DNA of 53,596 nucleotides, the filler included, from Catajapyx aquilonaris (Eukaryota), in assembly GCA_000934665.2 (NCBI GenBank). It is 2 parts of 2 records of this genome, joined end to end, with 100 filler letters (N's around TTAATTAATTAA, not from the genome) between each part and the next. Parts side by side here need not be neighbours in the genome. Positions count along the whole stretch, not along the records: positions 1 to 26,889 come from JYFJ02005179.1; 1 more part is not named here. One strand, written 5' to 3'. This document shows, piece after piece, positions 9,723 through 21,154 of this stretch; positions within the stretch are counted from its first letter, which is position 1, and each line of letters opens with the position of its first letter. The position numbers and the translations under genes were made by a program. The notes under the pieces were generated by a model. It was not told the origin of the DNA, did not search any database, and was given only the letters and a program-made list of their open reading frames with translations.

Positions 9723-9935
9723 CTAGCAGGATAATCAGCGTTGCTCGGGTTGTGAAATTCTTTTCTGCCACTTCGCCTCCTGTCACGAAGGATAACCTCG
9801 GAGGTCAAGTCCAATGTGCTAAAAACCTTCTCCGTTAAAAACTACTCCTAATGATCCCCCTGCGGCATATGTCGATTCCTCCGTATTGATTTGCATCGGG
9901 AACATCCAGACATACGTTTGGAAATATGTATTAGA
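9723..9935 (-). mobile_element. Second non-autonomous Helitron, head-to-tail with the first
   Basis: Minus strand begins A|TCTAATACATATT and ends with a degenerate hairpin CCCGAGCAACGCTGA plus CTAG, abutting the TC of the neighbouring element. Confidence 0.65.
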
Positions 9936-10571
9936 TTTTTTAAAACTGAAATCTAATTTTAACATTTATAGTGTCATATACAATACAATCATTATTTACT
10001 CTCACATCGAGGACTACACAAGGAACAATAGGTATTGAAAATAACAATCCAATACTTTCATTATCAAATTGACTCCAAAAATGGGACAATGCAGTGGTAA
10101 TTCTATTGTTAAAAACAATCTTGACAATGCCATTCATAAATCGAAAACACGATAAGCTCATTGAATGCATACCCAATTGTTGTCATCTACCCTACCAGCA
10201 ACAGCACCCATTGCCATCTTCTCTCCCCTTAAAGGTCATTGGCCACCCCTTTAAGGTCATCAGCATCTAAGGGTTGGAAAGGCAGGAAATTTTGATCGGG
10301 ACAGCAATATTCTTTGCCAGGCGAAAAGGGGGCAAGTCTGTCACACGGCGTTTGAGTGGAATTGGCGGAAAGTTTATCTGGAGGGATTTGGGTCTGAGCC
10401 AGCAGCAGACAGAGTTTGCCAAGTTTCGCCTCCTCGTCTCCACTTGAGGGGAGGGATGGAGGGACGGGGGCTTAATCATCCCCGACTTGGGTCCCCCTCT
10501 TTCCCCCATCCCCAACTCAACGATCAAAAACTACCGCAGAAGACCTCTCTTCTCCCCCAGCATCTTCCCAA

Positions 10572-11075
10572 CTCAGCCACCCAAGTTAAGAAATTACTTT
10601 CCGACTAACACCGATACCGAAATGACTCCATATGCCTAGGCCAGATGCACAATAGTACCCAGAACATGAGGACGAATTTTGGTCAAATTCTACCACATTG
10701 TTGACGCACAATTTATTATATCTCTCAGCCTCTTCCAGCTCAACTCCCTGGCCTCAGCCACCCAAGTTAAGGAATTACTTTCCGACTAACACCTATACCG
10801 AAATGACTCCATATGCCTCGGCCAGATGCACAATAGTACCCAGAACATGAGGACGAATTTTGGTCAAATTCTACCACATTGTTGACGCACAATTTATTAT
10901 ATCTCTCAGCCTCTTCCAGCTCAACTCCCTACCCTCAGACGCCCAAGTTAAGGAATTACTTTCCGACTAACATCGATACTGAAATGACCCCCTAACACCA
11001 GGCTAGATGTAGTGTATTCCCTACAACGTGATGACCAATTTTGGTCATGTTCTGCCACATTGTTGAAGAACAATT
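10572..11075. repeat. 181-bp tandem repeat, ~2.8 copies
   Basis: Units start at 10572, 10753 and 10934 (ctcag...cccaagttaag.aattactttccgactaacac). The first two are nearly identical; the third is diverged. Confidence 0.95.
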
Positions 11076-11351
11076 AGGTCACAAAATCAGGCTTGTAAGG
11101 GCAACAATGCCTTGTAGGGTTATAAATTCTGGGCTTAGGTTGAACAAAATGATTGTTAGGTAACAGAATAGTGCTTTCATATGCATCGGACAAGTATGGT
11201 AAACACATTTTCATCCATGTTTTGAAGCTGAAACAAAGCCCATTGTTGCGTATAGTGTGTAAGATATACTGGGAGGGAAAATTAGTGATTGAACTTTCCA
11301 ACGCCACGTTATAGAACAAGTTAGTGACTGTATCTACCTGACTTTCGTATA

Positions 11352-11614
11352 CAGGGTGTTTCAACTTTTTTGTCCGAACAGTTATAGGAAAATTGCACGT
11401 AGCTGCTACTTTGTAAGCAGTGACTGGCAACCGATTGATTTGTAGAAGGAATGGGGAATGGGGGGCTTGACCCTGAATTTTCAGCGGGCAGCACGTATGC
11501 CACTTCAACCTACGATTCGCAGGGAATATCATCGTTTGCAAATCACTGCTTACAAAGTAGCAGCTACGTGCAAGTTTCCGATAACTGTTCGGACAAAAAA
11601 GTTGAAACACCCTG
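11352..11614. mobile_element. Tc1/mariner-type MITE, 263 bp
   Basis: ~72-bp near-perfect terminal inverted repeats (TIRs) starting CAGGGTGTTTCAACTTTTTTGTCCGAACAG, flanked by TA at 11350-11351 and 11615-11616. Confidence 0.92.
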
Positions 11615-13359
11615 TATGGGCACGATGTACCAAAGCTTCCTTGCTGATGCATGGCTATCTTTCAGCGGATACACCCTCACCTTCAGCGGATACACCCCCG
11701 AAAGAGATACCAACGCGCCGGAAAAAGAAAGTGACACCAAATTAGTTTGGTAGACAGCCAGCTTGCTTTGAAAGAATGCAGATGGCGGTCTAATCCACGT
11801 TCTAAACCTCGTCCTAATTCAGACAGGTGACAGTGCTATTAAAGCCTTACCTGCTAGCCTCCTTAATAATTAATAACCCTAGTGTAAGCACAGCCATTTC
11901 ATTCGTCAACATGCTCTCAAGTCTACTAAATCGTAGTACCTACAACTACACAACTAAAAAAAACTAGTTTTAGAACCAGAGCATATGAGAAAGCTGAGCC
12001 CAAATTAAACGTCGTGCAATATTCCGGGGAGCCGTACGTAATTCGACACTTGGACTAATGACGGCCATGAAGGAGAAATTAGATGTTTGGGGTAATTAAA
12101 GCTGGGCTTAAAGGGTGCCCTTTGCGGCCTTTATGTACCCCCGCCACCTCGGATTTTCGGGGGTTCAAGTGGCCTGAGAAACCTGTGCTTCAAATTCCTG
12201 GGTATAATTGGGAGGAGAATATATACACTGAGGGTTCGATCTGGGGTGAAGATGGTGAAGAGCCTTCTATAATTTGCATGATGAAACAAAGGAAGTAGGT
12301 AGTTTTGTCAGGAGATGGCGCGAGGCGAAAATGACGCGAGGCGGGACCAATGTCAAGATAGATCACTTCGCATCTCACCTCCAGTGTACTACGGACTTCA
12401 CGGACTTCGACCGGACTTCAAGGGGCTTCAGTCGTACTTCACAAACTCTCTATTATAATTATGAGGTAGTCGTGAAGCAGGCCAGGTCGAGGCTAGTTTT
12501 AACAAACGGCTACGAGCCTGTGTGACCCCTCAGGTCATACGGAGAAGTCCTGAGCATGATGGCAGCCACCCTTCAACGGCAGTATGGCTAGATATTGACC
12601 TCCCGTAGGCAGAATCGAACGTGAGATGGGGGTAAAGAAACAGAAAAATTGATTTTGGCAGAAAAAACTATTGTACGTGCTACAGGATGTCTCAAAAGCT
12701 ACAGTACAAGGATCTAACAACGTGGTGCTAATTGAAACTCCATGTCAGTTGGTGGTACTCATTACACTTTGGTGCCCGTCACCATGTTGAGCTTAGCCAC
12801 ATGTGTCCAGTCTTTGACGCGATTGGTGGGAAATGAGCACCAGGGGGACACCAGGTGGAAGGGAAGGCAATTTCCATGTACTGGCAGGGACCCCGGTTTG
12901 ATTCCGTTGTCTCCTTGACTGACGTTGTTTCAAAGCCCGGAACAAACATTGTTTTCCCTGCTTTCCACTCACTCACTCACTCATTACGCCCGGTTTTGTC
13001 AACCGTGTGACATGCAACTGGTTTTAGTAGCCGTACCAAGAGACCATCTTGTCTCTGCCATTCAGTTTACTGCTTCGTCAATCTTGTTTGGTGTTCATGT
13101 GGACACCCTACAATCAGGTAATTACCTTGTCAACAGTTTACAGCATTGTTGAAGCCATTTTTATAACATCTACATAACCAGCACCCGTATGGTTATATGT
13201 CACCAGTGTGTCGCCTCATTAACCATGACTGAGATAACATTGTGACATGTCACTTCCAATCTGTTCGGCCTCAATAGATTGATCGGTTCCAGTAAGGGCA
13301 CGTTTCATTGTTGTCCACCTTTAATTAGAAAATTGACGAAAAATTACTGCTAGTATTTA

Positions 13360-13807
13360 TGTTAGGCTCAAACCCCGAAAACGACCATTGAGCGAAAAAA
13401 AATTGCAATTCGAGGCATGCTATTTTCAAAACGGGTAGATTGCGAAATGCCCCTTTTCAAATCACCAATTTCGCGAAATGCTCATTTTAAAATGGACAGA
13501 TGGGGGAGGCATGGTGGTCTAGTGGTTACGCCACTGGCCAGCTTTTTCCGCTTTTTACCCGACATGCCGGGGCAGAATTACACTCCCTACTCTGCCCAGG
13601 GCCAGGAGAAAAGGTCTGGTGTATTTCACAAAGTCAGAAATGACTAAAAATTACAGCGCCCTCCCTTGGGAACCTCCTCTTCCGCCCTATCCCGGGGTAT
13701 TTAATTAAAAAATTTAAAAAATTAAAATTAAAAAATTAAAAAATGGACAGATGGAGAAATGCTCGGGTTTTTCGCTCAATGGCCGTTTTCTGGGTTTCCA
13801 CCTAACA
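13360..13807. mobile_element. MITE with ~40-bp imperfect TIRs, interrupted by a SINE
   Basis: tgttaggctcaaaccccgaaaacgaccattgagcgaaaaa versus tttttcgctcaatggccgttttctgggtttccacctaaca. TSD and superfamily unclear. Confidence 0.7.
13504..13739 (+). mobile_element. tRNA-derived SINE (family 3), no visible B box
   Basis: Head GGAGGCATGGTGGTCTAGTGGTTACGCCACTGG with A box TGGTCTAGTGG. 15-bp TSD aaaatggacagatgg at 13489-13503 and 13740-13754. Tail ...GCCCTATCCCGGGGTA plus (A4-6TT)n. Homologous to 15059-15314. Confidence 0.85.
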
Positions 13808-14919
13808 CTTCCACCTGGTTGTAAAATTTGTGAAATATGTGACACATTTTGTCAATAACTACTTGCTCCCATGATGTCACTCGTTAATGAACACATCGAA
13901 TGACGATGCTAATGAAATTCGAAATTAAGGCTCAAATTTATTTTCGTCAATTAGTTTGCATGTTTTTGAAATTATTTACACTCGTCCACGCCATTTGTCA
14001 ATTAACACTACTCCCGGCATACCATTTGGCTGTTGTCAACGTCCAACCAAGTTTTTGAAGAGGGATTTTTAAAAATATACCATAATTTTAAAAAAATGAT
14101 CCCTATTAATGTCGGTGCCAAAACAGGCATACACTGTTTGTTCCACATACACACATTTTGTCCTCATTTCAAGTTCAGCACTTGGAAAATCCATATGTTA
14201 AAAAAGGAACGAGGGGTAGGGATGCATGTGAATGAATATTTCATATTGAAAAACAGGAAGGGCAGCCATATTTCCCAGCCAGACTAGACGTGTGACCAAA
14301 ATCTGTGCTTGAATTTCGTGGTGCGTCGCCAGGGAGAACCGGGGAGGGGGAGGATAGGGAATGGAGGAGAGTAGAGAGATTGGGTGATATGTGCTGCTGC
14401 CTGGTGAACGTGACTTGGGTTCTAATTATGTTCCTTCATCTCTTGCTCTCTTCCTCCTCCGAAACATCAAAATAGTACCAGCAGGTTTCTAAATAAACGT
14501 AGATATACGGATGACTCGCCATGCTCGGCGGTGGGGCTTCGCCTACTTTCCGAGCCTTCGGTGCTTGGCATCCCCGAGTTAGGAATTACCAGAGTTGGTG
14601 CCAGAATGGACATATTCAAATAAAGAAGCCATGAGATGCCATACACAGCGTAGATAGTGTCAGCTTCCAGTTGGATGGGAGCCAGTGGGCGATGGTGGCG
14701 CTAATCTGGTGGAGGATCCGGCCAGTTCGGAGATCGGACCAAGGTGAGATCGAACTAAGTCATTATTTTGACCATAGTTCGAAAACAGCGGGGAAAATTG
14801 CAATTATGAGAATTTTTCGCTTAAAAATTGGCGACGAGAGCTTTCCAACGAGCCATCTCCCGACCCGCTACGACGGAAGTGCGAGCTATTTTCTATCTTC
14901 TACGGATAGATGCTTTATA

Positions 14920-15396
14920 CACAGTGTTACAATTTCGTGGGTCTTATTTTATAACTGAGATTGCCCGATAGTAGTTATTTTTGTAGCTTATTGTTCTAAC
15001 CAGGTGTCCCATTCCATGGCAACTGCTATAATATATTCCACCTCCTGAAAGCCTGGTTTGTTTGTTTGTTTGTTTTGTTTACCCCGTCATAGGGCTCGAG
15101 GCCCTCTTAGGGGGAGGGGGAAGTTCCCAAGGGAGGGCACCGTGCGATAGTCATTTCTGACATTCTTTAACACCAGGCCTTTTTTCCTGGCCTTGGGCAG
15201 AGAAGGGAGTGTAATTCTTCTCCTGCATGTCGGGTGAAAAGCGGAAAAAGACCAGGCCAAGCAGAGGTCCCGCTTGGCTAGCCAGTGGCGTAACCACTAG
15301 ACCACCATGCCTCCCCTGAAAGCCTGGTTAGCGCAACAAGCTACTAATCGGGCCATATCAGTTATAAAAAATGACACACGAATTTGGAACACCTTG
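14920..15396. mobile_element. Degenerate Tc1/mariner-type MITE interrupted by a SINE
   Basis: Left end TA|cacagtgttacaatttcgtgggtcttattttataactgagattgcccgatagtag is an imperfect inverted copy of ctactaatcgggccatatcagttataaaaaatgacacacgaatttggaacaccttg|TA. Confidence 0.7.
15059..15314 (-). mobile_element. tRNA-derived SINE (family 3), no visible B box
   Basis: Reverse-complement homolog of 13504-13739. 15-bp TSD cctgaaagcctggtt at 15044-15058 and 15315-15329. (CAAA)n tail. Confidence 0.85.
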
Positions 15397-16447
15397 TATA
15401 CTGGACTAGCCTCTTCCGAGGCTCATTACAAAGCTCTAGCCTCGCTCCAGGCTCACCGCTACCCGAATCCTCGCCATCGCCATCTCTTAACAAATATCTC
15501 AACTGTACCGTACTTTCCTGATTTTCTGCCTAACAATGAGTAGAACCACTTGTACCTCGCGTTTGGATGGTGCTGGTACATTATTGGAGCGGGATGTAAC
15601 ACAAGAGGAGGCGGCTTGAGCCACAAAGAATTCCTTCCCTTAGAAATGAATGGACTAGAGCCCTTTTGATCCGAAAGACAAAGGACGCTTCCAAAACATA
15701 AGCTTAATGGGCGAGGGGGATTGCCTTCTCAATTATGCTACCATATATAGAGAGATGAGAACATGAACCGTTTTTAGCCTAGGGGGGTGGAGGAATAGGG
15801 AGGCATCAAGCCCACAAACAAAAGATATCGTTGGTGGCTTTGCAACTTTGGAGCTTGTTTTTAGCCAGTTCTAAGAGAGTTGTATTCTCAAGCCGACACT
15901 GAAACACAAAGCGAAACATAATCATACGCATGAAACAAACACCACCACCATTTTGTTTGATCTTCTCTTTCCTACCATTTTTGACCCCATATTGGTGGCT
16001 TAGGCTAGAAAAATGAATGTACCAGAGGGTTAAAAAGTTAACCCTTTGTAGTCAGCCCTTTTCGCCATTTCGGGTCTAGAAAATGAAACAAGTTGGCTAG
16101 TGCTGTCTCTCTTTTTTCTGGAAAGCTTGATGGTGCTGCTTCTTCCACTCTGAAAACTCTCAGTGGTTTCAATTGAGGGTGAAAGTGAGGACGCATGAAT
16201 GGATACGAATGTGCACTTCAGGCTTTTCATACTGTGCACTGCGGGATGTCTCTTGAATATGGAGTCAACACTTGGAGCTTACCGTTGAATTTCAAACGAG
16301 TTGAGTGGGGGCCATCATATACATATACACATTGAACTAAGGACTAGACTGTCAGTAAATTGCTTATTGAGAAAGTTACAACTTCCACTAGATGGCAATG
16401 GTAGGGGTACACACAGAACCATCTAGTGAGCGGATCATTGTGTCACC

Positions 16448-16740
16448 TGTCTTCAATAAGCTGTGGGACCGGAAGTAGTTGTTTTTACTGTAACTGTGGG
16501 GACTTTCACACATCTGTGGGGACATTTCCCCACTTGAGGGGAAGTTTATGGTCCCCGCAAGAAAATTGCGGGTTTGTTTTTGCAGTAGTGGGGACAGGTC
16601 CCCACTATTTCCAGTTGCAGGGTTTAAGAAAAGTCCATTTTCCTAAGCCTAGGTTACGTAGGGTTAGGTTAGATTAGGTTAGGTTAGTTTACACTAGCAT
16701 TGAAAAGGTGTCTTTTTCACGTCCCCACACCTAATAGGTC
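16448..16740 (+). mobile_element. MITE with internal (TTAGG)n-like tract, copy 1
   Basis: Starts tcaataagctgtgggac, has repeated tgtggggac/gtccccac motifs and a ggttaggttagattaggttaggttag tract, and ends cgtccccacacctaatag. Homologous to 16752-17077. Confidence 0.7.
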
Positions 16741-16751
16741 GTAGGGAGTAT

Positions 16752-17077
16752 TCTTGTCATCAATAAGCTGTGGGGACGGAAGTATGTGTTTTATCGTAAC
16801 TGTGGGGACTATTGTCCCCACAATTTCTCTTGTGGGGACATTTTGGGTCCCCACATGTTCACACACCAGAACGCAGCCAGAACGTTTCCGTTATAGTGGG
16901 GGGACATGTCCCCACAATTTCGATTTGCAGGGTTTCACAAAAGTCAATTTCTCTCAGCCTAGGTTATAGTTAGGGCAGGGTAGATTAGGTTATGTTAGGG
17001 TAGGCTATGCTAGGTCAGTTTACACTAGCTTAGAAAAGTTGAGTTTTCAACGTCCCCATAGCTTATTGAGCGCAAGA
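16752..17077 (+). mobile_element. MITE with internal degenerate (TTAGG)n-like tract, copy 2
   Basis: TIRs tcttgtcatcaataagctgtggggacg / cgtccccatagcttattgagcgcaaga. Same internal order as copy 1. Confidence 0.75.
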
Positions 17078-18753
17078 CTATACTGTGCGTGCGCACTTGT
17101 GTTGTTTTCTAATTTCATACATGCTTAATCACTAGTTATAGATTTACTATCGATCATACAACGGTCCCAATTTTTTTCTTGGGGGGAGGGGAGGGGGAGT
17201 AAACCCTGATGAGAGGTTTGGTCGGGCGCCGCTTTTATGGCGGTTGAGTTGGCTACGAGCCGATCCACGATATTGAAGGAGAGTTTGGGGACACTCTGGG
17301 GACGTCGCGCCTTCGCAATCTGTTACCAGAGACCCGGGTCATTTACGCCGAATTTTTCTATAAAAAAACTGAAGAAAATTCTCAGATCACTACCAGGTTG
17401 CTAGCCACAAGCATAGCACAGTTTGCAAGAATTTTAACTCGAAAGTTGTTACTTCATTTTAAATTGATATTTTCACAAAAATCTATGCAAGCTGACAGCT
17501 CACGTTGTCTGGATTCAAATTCTGGAGAGACTAGGTTCTCCTTTTTTCATTCCTAGAAAACGGGAAGAAAAATGCCAGCAAGAGAGGGGGGCTCAATTTC
17601 ATAAATTGGGCACAATGGGGCACAATCAAGCTCCAGATGGGGCTGGCTGGCTGGTTGTGAAGTCTTCTGGAGTTGCCTGGTCATACAATCCCAGAGCCTT
17701 CCCTTCTCATATCTTTCTGAAGGGGGAGGGGTTGCCATGGATGTGAAGAAAAGAAGGAGAGAGAGCAATGGCACAAAGGTTGTAGTTCAGGGGCGTTCCC
17801 GCACGAGAAGGACTCTGATTGGACAAAATATGCACGGTTCTGAAGGTTAAAGGAAGGAATCTGGACTGGATATTAAATATTTTATAGGTAAAGAATTTAA
17901 ATTGACATACGGAAGGACATTTAAAGTCACATGTGGTCGCTAGCCTCAAACGAGTGCGCCACACCACCTCATAGCCTCCTCCCAGGCTGCCAACAATACC
18001 CCTGCAGCGAGGGGCACAACAACACCCCTGCGGCGAGTGGCACCCTTGTTTCATACCGTCTTAGAACAGGCTATACACTAAGGAGGTTATTTTCAGCCAA
18101 CTTTGACGCTGACAAATACATGCAGCTTGTTGTGCATTTTTTGTACTTGTTGTTTATAAGCAGAAGGACGGTTCATAACACGTTTAGGAAGCAGGCCCTG
18201 CGCCATACCCTATTTTTTCCCTTCCTATCCTGCGGACTTGTTGGCTTTTTCATCACGAGAGGCAGATTAATCTTGCGAAGAGTACAAATGGCAGTTAAGC
18301 GGGCCATTGGACCACGTCCATCACCATCTTTGTCCCCCTGTCAGGGGGACTAGCAATTGATCTAGACTGCAAATACCCAGAATTGTTTGGATCTTGCCTC
18401 CCTATCCCCTCCCCCCATAGAACATAGAAGCAACGTGGAAAATGCAAGGCAATTCAACCGTTAAATGATGTTCCCAATATAGCTATTTTTTTACTATGGT
18501 ATTATTATTTATCCTCCCTCCCATTTTCTTTTCTGTTGGCATCAGCAGTGGTAAAATGATCGGAAAACTCATGAGAGTGGAGGCCTTTTCATTCGGGAAG
18601 CTCTTTTAGGGGTTTAGGTCGTTGCTATGGGATTTTCAGAAGGAAATCCTATTGACACGAGGAGGTAACAATGTTTTTTTCTACTTTTAATGCTTCGCAA
18701 TCGCAATCAGAAATTTGCACACAATATTTCAACATCAGAAAATACTCCACCAT

Positions 18754-18923
18754 CAGTGAAGAATCACTGCATCCTGCACCAGTGACGAATCACTGCATCC
18801 TGCACCAGTGACGAATCACTGCATCCTGCACCAGTGACGAATCACTGCATCCTGCACCAGTGACGAATCACTGCATCTTTCACTATCACTGAAGAACTTG
18901 CTGAAGAATCACTGCATCCTGCA
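18754..18923. repeat. 26-bp minisatellite (cagtgacgaatcactgcatcctgcac), ~4.8 copies plus one detached degenerate copy
   Basis: Units start at 18754, 18780, 18806, 18832 and 18858. Each contains the hairpin CAGTGA-cgaa-TCACTG. No spacers. Confidence 0.95.
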
Positions 18924-19864
18924 TCATCTGCAGATCATACACAATTGTATACCATATCTACAAGTCATACACAATCATTCTATAACTCCAAATAGATGTA
19001 CACACCTATAGTTTGACCCATACATGAACCAAATTGTGTGTACAAAACATATAGAACATTTTAGACAAACAAGAATGCATATTCACGTGAGAACATGTTT
19101 CCTCAAACATTTCATTTTACCTTCACGTTTTCCTTACTCCGTCTCTCTGCTTTTCTTTCCTGAGGAAAAACCGGATAGATCTTTTCTACGGGTGGGAGTG
19201 GGCGATGGGGATCTTTGGCATTCCAAAGGAGCTGCAGAGAAAACGTTTTCCTCTTCCTCTGGGCCTGCGGCCACTTTGGAGTCGCGACTCTTAATCCATA
19301 TGCAGAGGCTGAGGGAAAGGAAACGCCCAAATCCCCTTCCACTTGCACTAAATGTGCTCGTTGTCTTTGCCGCACGTTCACCATACCACCGCCAGAAGCA
19401 GCAGCCTCTTCCTCCTAAGGCTCTGAAACTAGATCTTGCTTTACCCATGCAGGAAGGAGACAAGAGTATTTCAATTCCTCAAGTCACGGCAAGTTTGGTC
19501 CTGTTTACAACTGGTCTTATCCTTTTGATCGTATGTTGAAGTCATACCAGTGAGTATGAAATGGAATAGGAATAGTAAACAGTAATGTCATCCTACTAAA
19601 GAGGGGAATTCAATATCGCAAGAGGGACAAATGCGGAAAAGTAATTTGATGCGCGACTGAACATATCGGCGATATTGATTCCGCCCGGATAATTAAATCA
19701 TACTACCCTGAAGGGTATGATTATTCTAGGAACCTTGTAATCAACATACTGTTCTAGTGCTCTCAATTTTATCACTTTTCTACTTAAAAATTTTGTCGCG
19801 CCTCACTAGAGGGCTGTGGCGTCTGGGTGTGGACCTAGAGACCCATCAAGGTGGATCTAGAAAC

Positions 19865-20018
19865 CAAGGGGTTAGCAACTCCTCAGAAAAGTGTACACCA
19901 GATCCTGGAACCGGGAGGTTCCACCCGGTTCCACCCGGTTTCAGGCTGGTTCCAAGCCGGTTCCACCTGGTTCCTTGGCCAGTGTGTACGCCGGTTCCAG
20001 GGAGTTGCTAGCCCCTTG
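19865..20018 (+). mobile_element. hAT-type MITE with internal 10-11-bp CCGGTTCCA minisatellite, copy 1
   Basis: TIRs CAAGGGGTTAGCAACTCC / GGAGTTGCTAGCCCCTTG. 8-bp TSD CTAGAAAC at 19857-19864 and 20019-20026. Confidence 0.88.
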
Positions 20019-20050
20019 CTAGAAACCCTTTAATGTGGAACTGGGGAAGG

Positions 20051-20249
20051 AAAGGGGGTAGCAACTCCCCAAAAAAGTGTACCTACATCAGATCCTGGAA
20101 CCGGTAGGTTCCACCCGGTTCCAAGCCGGTTCCACCCGGCTCCACCCGGTTCCAAGCCGGTTCCACCCTGTTCCATGCCGGTTCCATGCCGGTTCACCTG
20201 GTTCCTTGGGCAGTGTGTACACCGGTTCCAGGAAGTTGCTAACCCCTTG
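20051..20249 (+). mobile_element. hAT-type MITE with internal CCGGTTCCA minisatellite, copy 2
   Basis: TIRs AAAGGGGGTAGCAACTCC / GAAGTTGCTAACCCCTTG. 8-bp TSD GGGGAAGG at 20043-20050 and 20250-20257. Longer internal array than copy 1. Confidence 0.88.
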
Positions 20250-21154
20250 GGGGAAGGTTTGTAGAGTAAGTCGTGTGACGGCCTGGTTTCGGGCCTATTA
20301 AATGGGCTGCTCCACACCTCTTGTATTGTTGGATCGATCACACTACGACCCTGAGTGACCTGATGTGGTTAGGGGAAGTATGGAACAGCTCGGTCCGTCT
20401 GTGAACAACTATCAGTGCATATACCATATGAGATATTAACAAACTGGTTTCATATTCAGATTAAACAAAAACCGGTTACACTACATCCAACCTGATTAAA
20501 CCACTTTTAAATAAATCAGCGCTTCGCAATTTTGCATTTAGAACATCGCCTCTATACAACCCCCAAGTGACAATAGGCCATTTTCCCTAAAATTCATAGG
20601 AAAGTGCGCCCCAGGAATTCATTATTGGCTGCTTAGAGGTCGAGACTGCGGAAAAGGAGTGGTCTTGGGACCAGGGGGTGGGGGGAGGGGGCTGGAAGGC
20701 ATAATGCAAAAGGCAAAGTGCTTGCGGCGCGACTACGCTCTGGACTAATCTAGTGTAAATACCTTGTTTTGGAGATGAGCTCGTCAGGCTCCAAAGTCGG
20801 ATTGCAAGATTTTCGCATCGGGAAATCCCCGGGTAGGAGAAGTGGCTAATTATCCTAGGAGTTGTGGGGATTTGATGAGCGGTGGAGGAGGCTAGGGGGT
20901 TTGAGCGATGAGGAGCCTCCCAAACAAACCTCGCCCCCCATCCTCCCCAACCCAAGCCCAGGATATGCAGATGAGGTCGTTGGACCCTTATCGGGTATTC
21001 CTGTCACGTGGAGGGTGGAACCCGGGTGGTAATAATAAAGATGTCATCTTTGCTATTCCATCACGTGTTATTGATAAGGATTAATTCATTGATCAAAATT
21101 TGGTCATGTTGTCAAAAGTCTGGTTACAAAAAACTTAAATTCATATTTCCAATA

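Larger units (their letters stand above)
19807..20293 (+). mobile_element. Remnant arm of the 22405-22719 foldback family, split by the two hAT MITEs
   Basis: ctaga.ggc...cgtctgggtgtggacc (19807-19834) and agtcgtgtgacggcctggtttcgggc (~20269-20294) match successive parts of the arm at 22641-22715. Confidence 0.6.

Noticed and set aside
10730..10742. ctcttccagctca resembles the 3' half of miR-750
   Set aside because: The 5' seed portion is absent and the string lies within a 181-bp tandem repeat.
11074..11753. 192-aa ORF and overlapping ORFs on both strands
   Set aside because: They are generated by the palindromic MITE: the same peptide, TAYKVAATC.FPITVRTKKLKHPV, appears on both strands.
18754..18923. 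Palindromic 26-bp repeats as a CRISPR-like array
   Set aside because: The units are contiguous with no unique spacers, there are no cas genes, and the context is eukaryotic. The same applies to 25997-26224.
19024..19539. 171-aa ORF and an overlapping CxxC..CxC peptide as a piggyBac remnant or exon
   Set aside because: No DDD core, TTAA-flanked TIRs or convincing splice structure. The similarity is too weak.
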